Assembly (NCBI GenBank): GCA_963815115.1
Contig: CAWFFN010000009.1
Coordinates: forward strand, 416,001-480,000
DNA from: an uncultured delta proteobacterium
GTDB taxonomy: Bacteria; Desulfobacterota; Binatia; DP-6
Direction of reading: 5' to 3'
Length of the DNA: 64,000 nucleotides
The translations under genes were made by a program, and so were the position numbers. The notes beneath the pieces were generated by a model. It did not search any database, was not told where the DNA came from, and was given only the letters and a program-made list of their open reading frames with translations. Positions 60,293-64,000 of this stretch are shown here, in pieces (the stretch's first letter is position 1; every line of letters starts with the position of its first letter).

Positions 60293-63229
60293 TCAGAAGC
60301 TGTATCCGAGCCCCAGCTTGAATCCGACACCGGTGGTGAATCGCTTGTATACGCCGTTCTTGACCCCTGGCCTGTCGAACGCCGGCCCCGCCTGCGATGC
60401 AGCGCTCGGCGACAATCCCTGGCCGAGGGTCCAGTTGATGCGGTCATTGAGAATGTTTTCGACGCTGAGATTGAGCGTGAGGGGAAGCCCGAGGAGGCGC
60501 TGCAGAGGCGTCGAAACGAGCACGTCGAGCTGGCTGTGGCGATCCTGGACGATGTCGGGAAGGCCCGACGTGCCGACGAGCGCGATGTATGGTCCGATCG
60601 TGTTGTAGTTCAGCCGGATCGATCCCCAGATCGGATGCGTGTAGTCGATCGCCGCGTTTGCGATGTACGGAGCCTGACCCTGAAGCGCGCGCCGGGTGTT
60701 GGTCTGAATCGTGTTGCCGAACCCCTGGATCCTGAGGCGCGGCGCGAAAACCTCGGACTGGGTGTACGTCACGTTCGCCAGGAAGCTGAGATGGCGGAGA
60801 TAGGGCGACAGGACGGTTTCCCCCGGAGACATGAACCCGAGGTTCTTGCGGCCCTCGAACTCGAACCCGGTGATGTGGCCGTCCACCGCGTTTGCCCACG
60901 TCTTGATGGAGTTCGACGACTGCGGGAGCACCGTCTCCTCGATCGGCTGCTCGAGCTTCTTGTGGAAGAACCCGAGCGAGACCAGCTCGAGCGGACCGAA
61001 GAACCACTCCCATCGCGCGTCGAAGCTCGCGATGGTCGCCTCGACGAGGTTCGGGTTGCCCTGCGTCTGCAGCTCGCCCAGGGGAGCGAGATACTGCGAC
61101 GGTGAGAGCTCGCGGAAATCGGGGCGCGATACCGAGCGGCTCCATGCGAAGCGCGCGTTCATGTCCTCGCGCGGATTGAAGATCACGTTCACCCCGGGAA
61201 GCGGATCCTCGTTGTTCTTGATCGTCTTGGTCGGCAGCGCTTCCCCGTTGGGGCCCGGGGTCTGGGAGAAGCCGTTCAGCTGGATGTAGGAGTACTCGTA
61301 GCGAAGGCCGCCAACCACGCGCAGGCGATCCCTGATGATGGGCAGATCGAACATGCCGTAGGCGCCCGCGATCTCCTGGGACACGGTGTAGTTGTCCCGG
61401 TCACGACTGTTGTCGACGAACTCCCAACCGCCGAGGCCGATGTTCGAGGGCGCAAACAGGTCTCCGGGTGGCAGTGTCGTGTCGAGGCAGGTCGCGTTGT
61501 TGCCGCCGCACGAAGGCATCAGCTCGAAACGCCTCTGCGTGAACACGCGGGACCGATAGGAGTAGGCCTGCCCGAACTTGAAGCTGGCCGGGAGGCCGGA
61601 CCACAAGCTGGTGAACGGCAGGGCCGTGTTGAAGGGGATGGTGAAGTCGAGCGCCGAGTCCGTCAGGTACTCGCGGAGGTCGTTGAAGAGGCGCGTTCCG
61701 CTGTTCGACAGCGGGGCGTACTGGAACGGCTGACCGTTGCCTCCGGTCTGGGTGAAGAAGCGCGTGTCGGGCTCCTTCTGGGTGCTGCGGGCGTAGGCCG
61801 ATCGCCAGTCGACGTTCACCCACGACCAGTGGTGCTCACCGGCCAGCTGGCCCCACTGCAGCTCCTCCATCACGTACCGGAAGGTCTGCTGCCGGGCCAT
61901 GACGGTGAGATCGTTGGTCCGGAAACCTTGACCGAGGTAGACCTGATCCGTGGAGTTGCGGTTGTAGAGACCGCGGAACGTGATCCGTTGGTTCGGTGCG
62001 ATGTCGTAGCCAGCGGTCAGCAGGCCACCGAGCTTGGTCTGGAAGATGCTGTTGTCGTAGAGCACCGTGTCGCTCAGTGCGAGCTCGGGGGGCGCGTCGA
62101 TCGACGGAGCCAGCGTGATGAAGTTGTTGGCGATCTCGTTCCGGCGGTGCTTGTACTCGTTGCCGTAGATGGCGGCGAGCTGGAAGCCGAGCGGTCCAAA
62201 CCGGTCGCCGACGGCGAAGGCGCCGCCGAAGTTGGGTGGCGCGTCCCACGTATTGATGTCCCAGATGTCGCGGAACTGGCGTCCGATGGCGTCGCGCTGA
62301 AGGGTGCTGAGCTCGCGAAAATCCGTCGCGCTTCCCGGAGTGCCGGCCGCCATCTCCCGGAAGCGGGTGCCGAAGCCGAGATAGTCGTAGTGGCTCCCGC
62401 GGTAGGTGTTGAAGGGACGGAACGTCGACTGTGTGTTGGCGCCGGTGGTGGCACCGAAGCTGTACGTGAGGGTATCGGGGAAGTCGCGCAGCTCGAGCGC
62501 GGCGAGACCGCCGGAGAAGTCTCCCGGCAGGTCGGGCGTGTAGGATTTCACGATCGACAGCGAGTCGAGGAAGCCTGCCGGGAAGAGGTCGAGCGGGACG
62601 ACGCGCCGCTGCGGGTCGGTGCTGGGGAGCCGGCTGCCGTTCAGCATCGCGCTGGTGTAGCGCTCCTGCAGGCCGCGGATGTTGATGTACTTGTCGTCCT
62701 TGACCACTACCGAGGGGGATGACGCGACGACGTGCGCAGCGTCCGAGCCGGCAGCCTTCTTCATCGCTTCGGCGCTTATGGTCTCGCCGACGGTCGCAGC
62801 CTTCTTGCGCTTGGCCAGCTGCGCCTGCTCCGTGGCCTTCTTGAGCGCGACGACCTCCACCACCTCCTGGGGGGCGTTGCCGAGCGCGGCCAGGCTGACG
62901 TCGGCCTGCAGCGCTTTGCTGGGCGCCACGGTCACGCGCTCCACGCGCATCGTCTGATACTGGGGACCGAAGAAGCGGACGTCGTACGTTCCCGGCTTCA
63001 CGTGGATGACGTATTTCCCGTCGACGTCCGTCCGGACGGGTGGTCCGCCACCGACCACCTCGACGCCGGCATCGGGAATCGGGTTGCCGGTGTCGCGGTC
63101 GATGACCGTCCCCCTGATCATGCCGGTCGCCTCGGCGGGCGCCGCGTTCTGAGCGTCGGCGCGACGCCCCGGAAACCCGGTGTGGAGCAGGGCCAGGCAC
63201 AGGAGTGCCTGCAGACAGCGACGCACCAT
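60293..63229 (-). CDS. TonB-dependent receptor
   Basis: Signal peptide, N-terminal extension domain, plug (IRGLQERY...VVPLDLFP...KSYTPD), SRPDFREL, terminal YSF. Confidence 0.92.
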   Translation of the reverse strand: MVRRCLQALLCLALLHTGFPGRRADAQNAAPAEATGMIRGTVIDRDTGNPIPDAGVEVVGGGPPVRTDVDGKYVIHVKPGTYDVRFFGPQYQTMRVERVTVAPSKALQADVSLAALGNAPQEVVEVVALKKATEQAQLAKRKKAATVGETISAEAMKKAAGSDAAHVVASSPSVVVKDDKYINIRGLQERYTSAMLNGSRLPSTDPQRRVVPLDLFPAGFLDSLSIVKSYTPDLPGDFSGGLAALELRDFPDTLTYSFGATTGANTQSTFRPFNTYRGSHYDYLGFGTRFREMAAGTPGSATDFRELSTLQRDAIGRQFRDIWDINTWDAPPNFGGAFAVGDRFGPLGFQLAAIYGNEYKHRRNEIANNFITLAPSIDAPPELALSDTVLYDNSIFQTKLGGLLTAGYDIAPNQRITFRGLYNRNSTDQVYLGQGFRTNDLTVMARQQTFRYVMEELQWGQLAGEHHWSWVNVDWRSAYARSTQKEPDTRFFTQTGGNGQPFQYAPLSNSGTRLFNDLREYLTDSALDFTIPFNTALPFTSLWSGLPASFKFGQAYSYRSRVFTQRRFELMPSCGGNNATCLDTTLPPGDLFAPSNIGLGGWEFVDNSRDRDNYTVSQEIAGAYGMFDLPIIRDRLRVVGGLRYEYSYIQLNGFSQTPGPNGEALPTKTIKNNEDPLPGVNVIFNPREDMNARFAWSRSVSRPDFRELSPSQYLAPLGELQTQGNPNLVEATIASFDARWEWFFGPLELVSLGFFHKKLEQPIEETVLPQSSNSIKTWANAVDGHITGFEFEGRKNLGFMSPGETVLSPYLRHLSFLANVTYTQSEVFAPRLRIQGFGNTIQTNTRRALQGQAPYIANAAIDYTHPIWGSIRLNYNTIGPYIALVGTSGLPDIVQDRHSQLDVLVSTPLQRLLGLPLTLNLSVENILNDRINWTLGQGLSPSAASQAGPAFDRPGVKNGVYKRFTTGVGFKLGLGYSF

Positions 63230-63527
63230 CGAATCCACACCCTCCGCGGCCATTCCATTTGGCAGCCGAACGTTTCGATTGCGTTACGAAACGACGAACT
63301 CCGGTTTCTGTCGTCGTGCGTTCGCGAAGCCGCCATCTGCCCGTAACAGAACGCCGCTACCGTGCAGGGCGAATCCGGCGCCATGGATCGGGGGCGATCC
63401 GGCGAGCCATTTTGTCTTGCCTCCTCCATCATTCTGTCACTCACAAATGGTAGGGAACGATAGGCAACACAAAACCCGCGTCCAGCATGCCGGGCGGCAT
63501 GGACGCCACACGGAAGAAGGAGAGGGT

Positions 63528-64000
63528 ATGACGAAGGACCTGGCCCCGAGGGGCAGGGAACGCTGTTGGCGGTTCGGCATCGACGGGCGACACCTCGCCG
63601 CGATCCTCGCCGGCGCGGCGATGCTGACGTCGTCCGTGGCATTGGCCGCGGACAACACGCCCATAGGGAAGCAGCTTCTGATCAAGCAGTCGGCCTCGAA
63701 GAAGACGATCAAGATCCAGTCCAAGGATCCCACCGGGTTGCCGCTGCCCAGCGCTTCGCCTGCCACGACCGGTGCCGCGCTCGAGGTCACGCTGACGTAC
63801 GGGACCGGTTCGGTCGCCGAGACCTTCATGCTGCCCGCCGCCAACTGGAAGGCGAGCGGTTCTCCGGTGAAGGCCTACAAGTTCAAGGACTCCTCTGGCG
63901 CACCCGGGACGATCAAGACGGTGACCTTCACCGGCGGAAAGCAGCTCAAGGTGTCCGGGTTCCCGTCGACGCTGACGCTGGCCAACGCGCCACACCTCGG
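63528..64000 (+). CDS. Secreted hypothetical protein (partial)
   Basis: GGAGAGGG RBS; MTKDLAP...SSVALAADNTPIGKQLLIK..., open to the window end. Confidence 0.65.
   Translation, partial: MTKDLAPRGRERCWRFGIDGRHLAAILAGAAMLTSSVALAADNTPIGKQLLIKQSASKKTIKIQSKDPTGLPLPSASPATTGAALEVTLTYGTGSVAETFMLPAANWKASGSPVKAYKFKDSSGAPGTIKTVTFTGGKQLKVSGFPSTLTLANAPHL

Noticed and set aside
63341-63355. CCGTAACAGAACGCC resembling parts of the 91-bp unit
   Set aside because: An 11-nt match is compatible with chance, and there is no further similarity.

Overview
GC-rich bacterial chromosomal window. Gene content and the Cys-rich secreted proteins suggest a soil delta-proteobacterial lineage such as Ca. Binatia (inference only). 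The first ~14.8 kb is a rearranged accessory region. A 12-kb block (duplicated Zn-ribbon/MarR/SOD module, NIT protein, PIG-L/acyltransferase/GT4 trio, FAD monooxygenase, orphan pentaheme cytochrome) is bracketed by two near-identical 91-bp direct repeats (563-653, 12602-12692). These repeats truncate whatever they abut, and one end resembles an IS91/ISCR rolling-circle origin (oriIS). An intact IS110 element (12693-14173) sits exactly at the end of the second copy, and its 5' non-coding end contains readable bridge-RNA-like guide segments matching both insertion junctions. Remnants of IS110, IS1182-like and IS91-like transposases and an 11-bp CTAG tandem repeat surround it. The rest is metabolic and regulatory: lsrF-lsrE-aldolase/SDR; a methanethiol oxidase (SBP56)-SCO-HK-RR-sigma70 cluster; a membrane-bound sigma54 activator; DUF2760-Hsp70-Hsp70; an adenylate cyclase; GH3; ABC-F; glk-zwf; a CoA-transferase pair; and a TonB-dependent receptor-tonB-exbB-exbD-exbD operon. 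About five single-base frameshifts, several in homopolymer runs, look like sequencing errors. All family assignments come from recalled motifs, not database searches.
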